Assembly: GCF_046119375.1 (NCBI RefSeq)
Contig: NW_027362768.1
Span: 146,816,001 to 146,880,000 of the forward strand
DNA from: Phyllobates terribilis
Lineage: Eukaryota
DNA: 64,000 nucleotides
Direction: 5' to 3'
The position numbers and the translations under genes were made by a program. The notes below the pieces were generated by a model. It was not told the DNA's origin. It was given only the letters and a program-made list of their open reading frames with translations, and ran no database searches. Within the stretch, counting starts at the first letter, position 1; every line of letters begins with the position of its first letter. Shown piece after piece: positions 52,921-64,000 of this stretch.

Positions 52921-54115
52921 CATTGTTTTTGCTGTGAGTTTTGGAGACTGCAGAAAACAAAATAAACACAATGTGAACGCAGCCTAATATAATCTATGAT
53001 AAACCTGTTGGAAACCCTGGTGAGGAGTCGTCTGGTGAGTCAGAGCAGAAATCACCCATGTTTGTAATGAGATTACATGTTGGAGGCTTCCTGGTGCAGG
53101 TCACAATCGTGTTGTGCAAATCCACAGCGTCCAGACCCATCTTTGACCTCATTTCAGTGACTGTCTGATAATCCTGCCTGGCTGTCTGTTTATAGGAACC
53201 CGGAGACTCTATAATCCTGTCCTCTGTCCGGGGTCTTTTCTTATATCGGATCAGTGGTGCTCCAGCTCCTGCCGCCCCCATTGATCCACTATTTGAAGGG
53301 GCCATAGCTCTCTGCATCCCCTTGTTTGCCAGGCAGGACGCCTCACGTTCTGCATTGTTATTCCTGCTATTACAACTCATTGCTGCTTAGTCGCAGTCAT
53401 GTGAATAGGACTGAGCTGTAATACCAGGTGCAGCCACTACTAAATGTATGGTGCTGTGTCTAACAATGAAGGGGCCATGGTATTTGCCCCTGCTGTGGGC
53501 TGATCAGTGGGAGTGTTGGTAGTTGGGCCCCACCAATCAGGTATTGATGATAGGATACATAATATATATTCAAGTCCCAGAGTACCATTTTAATTGTGTG
53601 TGCATTTAGGATCAGGAACGCATGTAATACGTTTTCTTCTAGTATCTTCATCGTGTCTTGTGCCTAAATGAACCTCCATATGTTACATAATTGATTTTTA
53701 ATAGAATAGTGTAATGCCTAATTTGCCCTGTGGGGGTGCTATAGGGAAATCAAACACTTGCTACAGGTTACAGCTGATTGCTGAGATCTCAGCTGCAGAT
53801 TCAACAAAAATGGATTGTACAAAGCGGATAACTGTCCAGGTCTCATTTTGTATCTCTGATGAGAGAACTTGTGTAATCATTCCTGATGTGAACATTGGCC
53901 AACGATGAGTAACGTTCGGAGGATTCTGATAGAAGTGGAGCGTCAGTGATGATTAATCTGACGTTACGTGTACTGAAGCTCTCGTGTCGCCTTCCTTCCA
54001 GCTTTCTATTACTGATGTGCTCCTTGCTGCTTCCTTGACTATTTCTCTTTTTAGGGATTCGCGATCACCAGTAATCCATACACTGGGACCAGCAGTAGCG
54101 CTTCCATGAGCCGAA

Positions 54116-54184
54116 ATGCTGGGCAGGAGACCCGGCAAAAAAAATGCCCAAGCCAAGGGCAGGGGGGCAGCCGCAGCAAAGGAG
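54116..54184 (+). CDS. CC2D1B: CC2D1B coding exon 1 (exon starts at 54055)
   Basis: Acceptor TTTTTAG ending at 54054; donor GTAAGG. Confidence 0.85.
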
Positions 54185-57100
54185 GTAAGGAAATGCCAAG
54201 GTGGGTATGGAAATGGCGCTCCACTAGTGTTACGGGTGGGGGCGGGGGGGATCCTTGGAGTGCCGTACTTATTGTATATAAGCTGAAGAACCCGCAAGGT
54301 TCACGGGGCTCTGATCTGGCAGTCACGGACTACCGATGTGGCTGCTGAACCCGTGTCCGGTGACAACTCTACAAAACCTTGTACATCACAATACAACACA
54401 TGGATTTCCACATGTGACCGGTAATTTTTTTTTTAAAGGGGATGTATTGGATAAGCAAATAGTGCCACCCTTAGGCTGTGCCTGGTATTGCAATCCATGA
54501 ACAAAACTGAACTTTAATTACTGCTTAGCCCCTGAACAGAAGTGACTCTGTTTTTGGGACAATGTGGACAACCCTGGTGCGATCAGTCTACTTATGATTC
54601 TTTGTCTGGTTTGTAGCTCGGGCTCTTTATAGACTTCAACCCCGAGGACATGATGATGGGTATCCCAGATGACCCGGACGACGGAGATCTTGAGGCAGAA
54701 TTGGCTGCACTTACTGGTGGCAAGGTTGCACCTAAGGCCAAGCCTAAAGGAAAAGGTGAGCAAGCCGGCCGGCCGGCCATACACATCAGGTAGATGTCCG
54801 CCGAATGCTTGTTAGGCTGACTGCAATCTCTCAGGACTTCCTGTGTACATAGGATGACCGAGCATTCATATATTTTCAGTAGGGTGAGAGAATTTAAGCG
54901 TTATTCCCTATCCATCTGGAATAACTAATACAGGGACCCTCCAGCGATCTGGTGTGTGCATACTCAACTTTCACTCCATTCATTGTCTATGGGACTGCTG
55001 GAGAGAGTACATTGCTCTTCTATTATCGGCAGTCCCATAGACAATAAGTAGTGAAAAGTGTTGAGCATGCGCACCTCCAAGATGGGTGTGCAGAACTCTA
55101 GTTTCCGGGATCCAGAGCCCCTTTCTTGGTATTTGTCGGACCCCCAACGATCAGCAAGTTATCCCCTGGTATTCTGTATGGGTGTCCTGAAGAAGGAGTC
55201 AGTGTGACTCTGAAGCGCATAGACAATAAACCTGCATTCTATATCCGATCGGGAATGTCTTCTTTCCAGTAAACGCAGACTACTTCCATAGCCCTGACTA
55301 TTTTTTTCCAGAGCCCCGTTCTTTGGATTTCTAGGGGTCTCAGCAGTTGGACCCCCAACTATCAGCAAGTTATCCCCGATCCAATGGAGAAGGGATAAAA
55401 CTTTTTATTTTGGCAGCTAAAGGGCCTGGCTCTTCTACTGTACCACTGCATGTCTCCCATACAGAAGCATGGCTAACCATGCAAGTTACTAACTTCGGAG
55501 TGAAAAAGGGTCTCAAAATGGAAATAATCCAATATGTCTGAATTATGAGAAAGCTTTAGCCTCCATTCCCGTTTTTTTTTTTTTCCTCATCTGTCACACA
55601 ACTTCTGCAGAGCTTTCTCCTCTCATCGTATCATTGACATCTTGTAGATACATTTGACATAAAGGACTGATTTAACAAATTAACACCTACAACCAAAGGA
55701 AAATGCCAAATAAATATGATGAAAAAAATAAATAAAAAATCATCAGGTCGTCAACACAAATGAAAAAGCCCTACAAAAAACCCAATGATAATAAATAAAA
55801 TCAGAATGTAATTAAATAAATGTATTAATTTACAAGTTTTCTGTACATAAAATACCAAAATGCACAAGACAGGACATGATAAAATCCAAAGGAGGGGGAG
55901 GAACACAGGATAAGTAGCAGATGGGACAAAGGTCTTCTAGTTAATCCAATGGTAGTAACATAAATAGAAAAGACAAGGACCATTCTAAAGTACATATTAG
56001 TGAGACTACCAAAGGTTATAGATAATCACACGATTAGATAAAATGACCCTGACTTTCCAAAAAAATCAATCTGATAATATATTATAAATTTTTAATGTGT
56101 CAAGGAGGTCCAAAAATAACCAGAAGAGTATGCCGTAGGATGTAATATAATCAATCAGTGGAACATAAATCTCAAGGCGCTCCGCATAGTACGGCGAACT
56201 AACAGGTATAAGTCACTCATGATAGTAACAGAGCTGAAACATCCATAAAGTAAATGTAGCTGTGTAACTTCCAGCTTGTGTTTCGCTACGCTTCTTCAGG
56301 GAGTGCTTACTTATATTCTGATAGTTTATTTTATTGTCATTGGGGTTTTTTTTGTATTGGGCTTTTTCATAGTGCTACATTATAGTAAATGCCGCTGTGT
56401 AACCTCCAGCGTGCGTTTCGCTGCGCTTCTTCAGGGGGGGTTAATTTTATTTTACTTGATTTTTTATTCTTATTGTTTATTTTATTATCATAGGGTTTTT
56501 TTGTTTTACGACAGAAGCTCTTGGACAAATCACGCAACCAAAAGTACTTGTGCGAAATGTCTGCAGTTTGCTGTCACGTGACTATTTTAGAGCTAAGAGC
56601 AAAATTCCAGACACGTTGCACAGTTGCTTGCAAACTATATCGACCGTGTGTCGGATATTACATGACAGTCTCCTCTTAGTCACAGTAGGTGGCAGCGTGG
56701 CCCCATTTGACAATAATTAGAGGCGATTTCACAATGTGACCACAGCCTAAACTTTGCTGCTAGTAACCCATGACCCCCTTACTATGTCTCCACAGCTCCT
56801 CTCCCTATGGATCATATCGAGAAGATGGCACAAGAATGCATGAAAGACTTGGATGCAGAAGACGGAGATGATGACAATGACCTGGAGGAAGATGATGACT
56901 TGCTGGTAAATATTAACATTGCAGTATCACTACAGTGATATTTTGCAAAAGAAGTAGCAGAATTCTCTGAAATTTGGTTTTAATGAATGAAAATTTTTAG
57001 AAATTTACAACTTATGTTTTTTCTTTTTACTTTTTATCTATCTATCGTGCAGCAAAATATAAATACGAACGTCTCCACCCTTTCTAACCTTGCCAAAACT

Positions 57101-57283
57101 TTGACATATGAAAATGTTGTTTTTTTGTGGTTTTCTTAATAGGCTGAGCTCCAGGAAGTGGTAGGAGAGGATGAGGAGGAGACATCAACCTCTTCAGATG
57201 TTGTAGAAGTAGCCGCACCTCAGCAGGTGGAAGATGCAGACCCTGCACCTCTCCTTATCTCCAACCTGAAAAGCCCATCACAG
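54116..57283 (+). CDS. CC2D1B: Coiled-coil and C2 domain-containing protein 1B, first 4 coding exons (gene continues beyond what I can trace)
   Basis: MLGRRPGKKNAQAKGRGAAAAKE / LGLFIDFNPEDMMMG...DLEAELAALTG / APLPMDHIEKMAQECMKDLD...DDDLL / AELQEVVGED; synteny with ORC1 as in human. Confidence 0.9.
54617..54755 (+). CDS. CC2D1B: CC2D1B coding exon 2
   Basis: LGLFIDFNPEDMMMGIPDDPDDGDLEAELAALTGGKVAPKAKPKGK. Confidence 0.93.
56796..56905 (+). CDS. CC2D1B: CC2D1B coding exon 3
   Basis: APLPMDHIEKMAQECMKDLDAEDGDDDNDLEEDDDLL. Confidence 0.93.
57143..57283 (+). CDS. CC2D1B: CC2D1B coding exon 4 (3' end 57226 or 57283)
   Basis: AELQEVVGEDEEETSTSS...; two in-frame GT donors. Confidence 0.78.
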
Positions 57284-58855
57284 GTAACTGCCCCAGAACT
57301 GAGCAGCGCCCCCTACTGTTCTCACCTTTGTATGTAAGTGTCACTGGAGGGTTCGATTTATCAGATGACAATTTTGGAGTCTGAGATTCTGTTTGTTCCT
57401 TCTTTAGCTGTTCCGTCCAAGGTGGAGTCTTTTCCAGCATTAAAGAATTGCAAAGACCTGCAGAGAGTATTGCATTATTTACAATGCAAGTGTGGTAGGA
57501 ACCCTGGGGTGACATCCGGCCTTGAGAGCCATGCAAACATGTACATTGGCCCCCCTGATAAGGAAGAATCCCAAGCGATTCTTGCTGGGAAAGATTGACT
57601 TAAATTGCATTTTTTTTTATCTTTTTTTTTTTCTATCTAAAAGATTTGATATGTCACTTTGGGGAGAAATTGGCGATCGCGGTCCTCACTGCCACTTAAA
57701 TGCAGTTGCCACCCATTTAAATTTCAGAGGAAATATGGATTAGAAGGATTGGAGGGTGGGGAGACCGGACGAGTTAGCTGGTGACATATCAGGGCAGATT
57801 TATCAATACTCCTTTACTTTTAGACATTGCAAACTTAGATTAGAAAGTCTTGAAATGCGTCAGTTATCGTAGTAGTTCATGCATCTTGCGCATCGTTAGA
57901 CTATCTACTCTGAGTTTACACTGCCTTTTATATGGCTTTTTTGTGCCAGAAATATGCGCCAAAATTTTGGTGCATAGTGTTGTGTGTTAAGCCACGTCCC
58001 TTTCCTTACTGCCTCACCCACCCCAGGGGGCACGGAGTGTCTAATGCTCATAAGACCAAATTGCAAATGCCAAGAGAAAAGTTTTGAACAAAGTTTCTAA
58101 AAATTGATCTGACATCATTGCACTGTTATTCAGTGGGAAACCTGCCCACGCAGTGTGGCGATCAGCCCTTACTGGTCTATTAATGCAGTTCACCGAGATT
58201 TGGCGGTATTATTTTTTTCCGTTTTGTTTAGTTCTAATTTGTACAAGCACATGGAATATGTATAAGGATCAGCCTCACTTTCTAACGGATATTTGCTGGA
58301 AGAACCCCTCCCTGCGGCTGACACAGAGGCCACACTGTTCCCTCTCCTGGCCCGGTGTCCCTGTGTTTTTATTTCCACCAGTAACTATTTCCACTCACTC
58401 CTGCAGTGGGATCTGCAGGATTCTGTATGTATCGGGCATCCTCACTGTGACTATAAGCTCGACTCTAAGCATAAAGGTTTCACTGGTCTGATCCTAAACC
58501 CAAGACGGAGATGACATTTAGGATCTTGTCGCCAGGGTCACTTATTTTCCAGCATGCTTCAGTATAGGACTAATCTCAAGCTTACTCACTGAGCCAGTTA
58601 GAACTGGAGAAGATGCCGATGTGATGGTGAGTACGAGAGATCCCCTTACTATATGATGGCGAGTACTAAAGGAAGAGGGGAGTAAGCCACTGACGGACAC
58701 CTCTGGGGGCAGCTTATCTCCTAATGAATCAGAAGGATGGGGCATGATAATGCAATATGCCCGCTCTTTCCCTTCCCGGACATAATATCTTGCAGGGGGA
58801 AAATTCCATATTGTTGGCCAGTATTGCTGAAATCAGTGGATTTGGTCAACATTAA

Positions 58856-59808
58856 AGGGGTTGTCCGGGCACAACATATTGATGACATATTCGGCAGATT
58901 ATCAATATGAGATCGTCGAGGGCACCCCCTCCAATAAGCTGTTATTTGCTCCAGTAGATGGAAACACTTTGTAAGATGATGTAAAGTACAGGACTATTCA
59001 TTGTATAGCTGCTGCTGCTGCTGCTGGGTACGGCAGAACAGCCCCTATAGTAAGTGCAGCTGTATTCAGTGATTAGCTGCTGCTGGGTACAGCAGAACAG
59101 CCCCTATAATAAGGTACAGCTCTTTTCGGTGTGTAGCTGCCGCTGCTGGGTACTGCAGAACAGCCCCTGTAGTAAGTGCAGCTGTATTCATTGTATAGCT
59201 GCCGCTGCTGGGTTCTGTAGAACAGCCCCTATAATAAGTGCAGCTCTATTCTGTGTGTAGCAGCTGCTGGGTTCTGTAGAATAGCCCCTATAATAAGTGC
59301 AGCCCTATTCTGTGTGTAGCAACTGCTGGGTTCTGTAGAACAGCCCCTATAATAAGTGCAGCTCTATTCTGTGTGTAGCAGCTGCTGGGTTCTGTAGAAC
59401 AGCCCCTATAATAAGTGCAGCCCTATTCTGTGTGTAGCAGCAACTGCTGGGTTCTGTAGAACAGCCCCTATAATAAGTGCAGCTCTATTCTGTGTGTAGC
59501 AGCTGCTGGGTTCTGTAGAACAGCCCCTATAATAAGTGCAGCCCTATTCTGTGTGTAGCAGCTGCTGCTGGGTACTGCAGAACAGCCCTATAAAAGGAAT
59601 AGGAGCTTTTTTTGCAGTACCCTGCAGCGATCACTACACACTGAACAGAGTTGCACTTAGCAGCTCCTTACAAAATGTTTCCATCCAGCGGCCACTGAAG
59701 GAAATAACAGCTGATCAGTGACGTGACTGACGTCGGACCCCCACTGATCTCACAGTTATGACCTATTTTATGAATAGGACATCAATATATTGAACCCGGA
59801 CAACCCCT
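58856..59808. mobile_element. T2/Kolobok-type MITE containing a minisatellite
   Basis: TTAA at 58852-58855 and 59809-59812; perfect 14-bp TIR AGGGGTTGTCCGGG / CCCGGACAACCCCT. Confidence 0.85.
58996..59593. repeat. ~58-bp minisatellite, ~10 copies
   Basis: GTGCAGCTCTATTCTGTGTGTAGCAGCTGCTGGGTTCTGTAGAACAGCCCCTATAATAA units. Confidence 0.92.
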
Positions 59809-60051
59809 TTAATGTGTACTGGGGTCTTAAGAGAGCCAGTATTTGAAAGGCATAGTGTGAGATTAGGAAAGAGAATTCTATTTTTTTCCAGGAACAGAAC
59901 AGCACCACTCTTGCCCAAAGGTTGTGTCTGGTATTGCAGCTCACTTAAACGTTGGTTTGCTATAAAACCAAAAACGTTAGAACTTGAACAGATTGTCAGA
60001 AAATATATTTCCGTGGGTACAAGATGGGGGAAATCTGTTTAGGGGCTTTAA

Positions 60052-63000
60052 CCCCTTAAGCCCCGCGGGTGGTTTGCACGTTAATGACCGGGCCAATTTT
60101 TACAATTCTGACCACTGTCACTTTATGAGGTAATTACTCTGGAACGCTTCAACGGATCCCCCTGATTCTGAGATTGTTTTTTTGTGACATATTGTACTTC
60201 ATGATTGTGGAAAAATTTCGATATCACTTGCGTTTATTTGTGAAAAAAACGGAAATTTGGCGAAAATTTTGAAAATTTTGCAATTTTCAAAATTTGAATT
60301 TTTAAGCCCTGAAATCAGAGCGATATGTCACACAAAATAGTTAATAAATAACATTTCCCACATGTCTACTTTACATCAGCACAATTTTGGAACCAAAATT
60401 TTTTTTTGTTAGGAAGCTATAAGGGTTAAAAGTTGACCAGCGATTTCTCATTTTTCCAACAAAATTTACAAAACCATTTTTTTAGGGACCACATCACATT
60501 TGAAGTCACTTTGAGGGGTCTTTATGACAGAAAGTACCCAAAAGTGACACGATTCTAAAAACTGCACCCCTCAAGGTGCTCAAAACCACATTCAAGAACT
60601 TTATTAACCCTTCAGGTGCTTCATAGGAATTTTTTGAATGTGGAAGAAAAAAATGAACATTTAACTTTTTTCACAAAAATGTTACTTTAGACCCAATTTT
60701 TTTTATTTTCACAGGGGTAACAAGAAAAAATGGACCGCAAAATTTGTTGTGCAATTTCCCCTGGGCACGCAGATACCCAATATTTGGGGAAAAACACTGT
60801 TTGGGCGCACTGTAGGGCTCGGAAGGGAAGGAGCGCCATTTGACTTTTTGATTGTAAAATTTGCTTGAATAATTAGCGGACACCATGTTGCGTTTAGAGA
60901 GCCCCTGTGTGCCCAAACATTGGAGCTCCCCCACAAGTGACCCCATTTTGGAAACTAGACCCCCCCAAGGCACCTATCTAGATTCATAGTGAGCACTTGG
61001 AACCCTCAGATGCTTCACAAATTGATTCATAAAAATGAAAAAGTGTTTTTTTTTTCACTTTTTCATTATTACGAATCAATTTGTGAAGCACCTGGGGGTA
61101 CCAAGTGTTCACTATGCATCTAGAAAGGTGCCTTGGGGGGTCTAGTTTCCAAAATGGGGTCACTTGTGGGGGAGCTCCAAAGTTTGGGCACACAGGGGCT
61201 CTCCAAACGCAATGTGGTGTCCGCTAACAATTTGAGCCGATTTTCCATTCAATTTGTTAGCGGACACCATGTCGCGTTTGGAGAGCCCGTGATGTGCCTA
61301 AACAGTGGAGCTCCCCCACAAGTGACCCCATTTTGGAAACTATACCCCTCAAGGATTTTATTAAGGTGTATAGTGAACATTTTGAACCCAGAGGTACGGC
61401 ACAGAATTTGTTTACATTAGGTCATCATATTGAATAAGTTGTCATTATTCTTGAGCGCAAGTGCTCGCTACTTGAGTTTGCATCGGGTACTCAGGTATGC
61501 ACCATGTACAGCGTGTGCTCGAGTGACATGCTCGAGTCCCTGCTCCGCATGTTTCACGGTTATTAGACACCCAAAAAAAAACATGCGGGGATCGCTCGTG
61601 CATGGCAGGCAATCCCCGTAAAGTTTTTTGGCCGCGAAGCATATGGGGCAGAGACTCGAGCATGTCACTCAAATACCCACGATACTCAATGCATACCTGA
61701 GCACCCGATGCAAACTCAAGTAGCGAGCACTTGCGCTCAACACTAGTCGCCATATCGTCATCTTTTTTTCTTACTTTTGAAAAAAATCCCAACCCCAGCC
61801 CTAACCCTAGCCCAATCCTAACCCAAGAGTTTATTTTTGACGCTGTTCCTTGTGCGGTATAAGTGATTAGACGACGTTATTCTTCGGGTCGGTGTGATTA
61901 CAGCAATGCCAGAATCATATGAGGTTTTTATGACTGACAGCTGTCACACACTAAAAGACGCATTTTTTTGTAAAATCTAGTTTTTGCATCGCCATATTTT
62001 GAGAGCTATAATTTTTCCAGATTTTGGCAGACAGTCATGTGATGGCTTGTTTTTTGCGGGATGACTTGACGTTGTTATTGGTGCCATTTTCAGGCACGTG
62101 ACATTTTTTGATCGCTTTCTATTCCGATTTTTGGGAGGCAGAATAAACAAAAACCAACAATTCAGGAATTGTTTTTTTTTTTTATTCTGTTCCGCGTGTG
62201 GTAAAATTGATAAGGCAGCTTTATTCTTCGGGTCAGTACGTTTACAGCGGTACCACATTTGTATCATTTTTCTATGTTTTGGCGCTTATACACAATAAAA
62301 GCTATTTTATAGAAAAAAATATTTTTTAGTATCGCTTTATTCTGAGAGCTATAACTTTTTTATTTTTCGGCTGATGGAGCTGTTTGGCGGCTTGTTTTTT
62401 GCGGGACGAGATGACGTTTTCAGCGGTATCATTTTTATTTATATGCGTCTTTTTGATCGCGTGTTATTCCACTTTTTATTTGGCGGTATGGTGATAAAGC
62501 ATTGTTTTTTGCTTCGTTTTTTTTTTTTTTTTTTTTTTTACAGTGTTCACTGAAGGGGTTAACTAGTGGGACAGTTTTATAGGTCAGGTTTTTCCGGACG
62601 CGGCGATACCAAATATGTGTACTTTTATTGTTTTTTTTTTATTTTTTTTATAATAATATTTATTGATGGGTACATTATATTTTTATTTTTGGTGTATTAT
62701 TTTTTTTTATTTTTTTTTATAATATTTTTGCACTTTTTTTTTTTTTTTTTTTTTTTTCCACTTTCACACAGTTTATACACTTTATTACTTTGTCCCACTC
62801 TGGGACTTTCACTTTTTTTTTTCTGATCGCCTGTATGGCACAGGAATGGAGCACCATCCCTATGCCATGAAGGCTGTCAGAAGTGCACAGTGTGAAGATT
62901 GCTTGGAGATGCACTGCGCATGTCCAAGCAATCTTCCTGCTCTCTGGTGACCCGGATGTTGTCATGACGACATCGGGTCGTCATGGCAACACCCGGGAAG

Positions 63001-63295
63001 CCTTTGCAGACTGCGCTGGAAGCCGGAAGAGGAGGTGAGTATCGCCGATCACCTCCCCTTGCCGCCGCGATCGACTTCGATCGCAGCATCGCGGGGGTTA
63101 ATGTGCTGGGAGCGGTGCAGGACCGCTCCCTGCACATAGTACCGGGTGTCAGCTGTGACAATCAGCTGACACCCGGCGGCGATCGCGCCCGCACAGCCTG
63201 TGTGCGCGCGCGATCGCGATGACGTACTAATACGGGTCTGGCTCTTAAGTCCCAGGGCACAGACGCGTATTAGTACGTCAGATGTTATTAAGGGG
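60052..63295. mobile_element. Non-autonomous piggyBac-like element (~3.2 kb)
   Basis: TTAA-CCCCTTAA ... TTAAGGGG-TTAA; internal ~35-bp repeat GGAGCTCCCCCACAAGTGACCCCATTTTGGAAACT at 60922 and 61307, inverted at 61144-61178; no transposase. Confidence 0.75.
61451..61745. mobile_element. MITE nested in the piggyBac-like element
   Basis: 50-bp inverted arms 61451-61500 / 61691-61740 with one mismatch; right end CGCTCAACACTA. Confidence 0.85.
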
Positions 63296-64000
63296 TTAAA
63301 GGCGAGAGCTGCCACTGCTCATCACTTACCGGTCCTACATCTGTCTCCCACTCGCTTCTCGTCAGGTCATGTAGTGATTCCACGCTTCCTACCAGCAAAA
63401 GGGCGAATATAGGGATGAAGTAGCACCTGGGACAAGGGGAAGTCTCGCAGGACAGAGGATGGACAAGATCTGAAGGGCATGTCACAACTGTAGGTAGCGG
63501 AAGAGGTCATTGTTTGGAAGGTTTAGCTGTTCTTTTAGCATCTGGAAAGATCTGACCGAAATAGATCAATCCCACCCTTTCTGATATAGGACCCCCCATG
63601 TGTTGCAGATCAGACCATAAGGCCCTGCCTTAGAATTCGGTATTGAATGGAGACTCATGGGTCCTTGTAGAAGAGCGAAGTAGCACATGTAATGGATGTG
63701 AGCTCTCCGGGTTGTAGGGACAGACGATAAGAAGATGCGTCTATCAAACTGCTTTGTGTTTACATATATTGGCGTTTGTAGGAGGACGTATAGCACCTTC
63801 GGCATACCCATAGCAGGTATTGGCTGTGCTATACTCCGATTGCTGCTGTTAACTATTTAGATGCTGCTATTAATCAGAAATTTAAAAAAAAAAAAGTTAT
63901 GACTCTTGGAAGAAAGGGAGGAAAAAACAAAAGTGCAAATAAGAACTATAATTATATAATTTCGTACTCTGTAATAAATGTCATGCACTGATCTCATACA

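Noticed and set aside
52994-53380. 128-aa minus-strand ORF
   Set aside because: No recognisable homology or splice context; intronic.
57400-57490. Possible extra CC2D1B exon after TCTTTAG
   Set aside because: Phase 0 hits an early stop and the other phase does not fit the preceding donors.
58542-58745. 67-aa minus-strand ORF with protein-like composition
   Set aside because: No family I can recognise; too short to support.

Overview
Eukaryotic (vertebrate, most likely frog; the taxon is inferred from gene synteny and Xenopus-like repeat families) genomic window with three spliced host genes: PRPF38A (minus, 10 coding exons, 311 aa), ORC1 (plus, 16 coding exons, about 855 aa, head-to-head with PRPF38A on a <180 bp promoter) and the 5' part of CC2D1B (plus, 4 coding exons seen). 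The rest is rich in mobile DNA: four large DIRS1-type tyrosine-recombinase retrotransposon copies (one structurally complete and nested inside another) plus a terminal relic, three Tc1 copies, a 5'-truncated Penelope-like element, a V-SINE, several MITEs, a 7.3 kb 40-bp satellite with higher-order structure and smaller minisatellites. The most striking observation is a complete type I hammerhead ribozyme (52716-52799) inside a 333-bp non-coding insert flanked by a perfect 12-bp direct repeat. It looks like a retrozyme / newt-satellite-2-like monomer and lies sense within the probable first intron of CC2D1B. All calls are by eye; no searches or folding programs were run.
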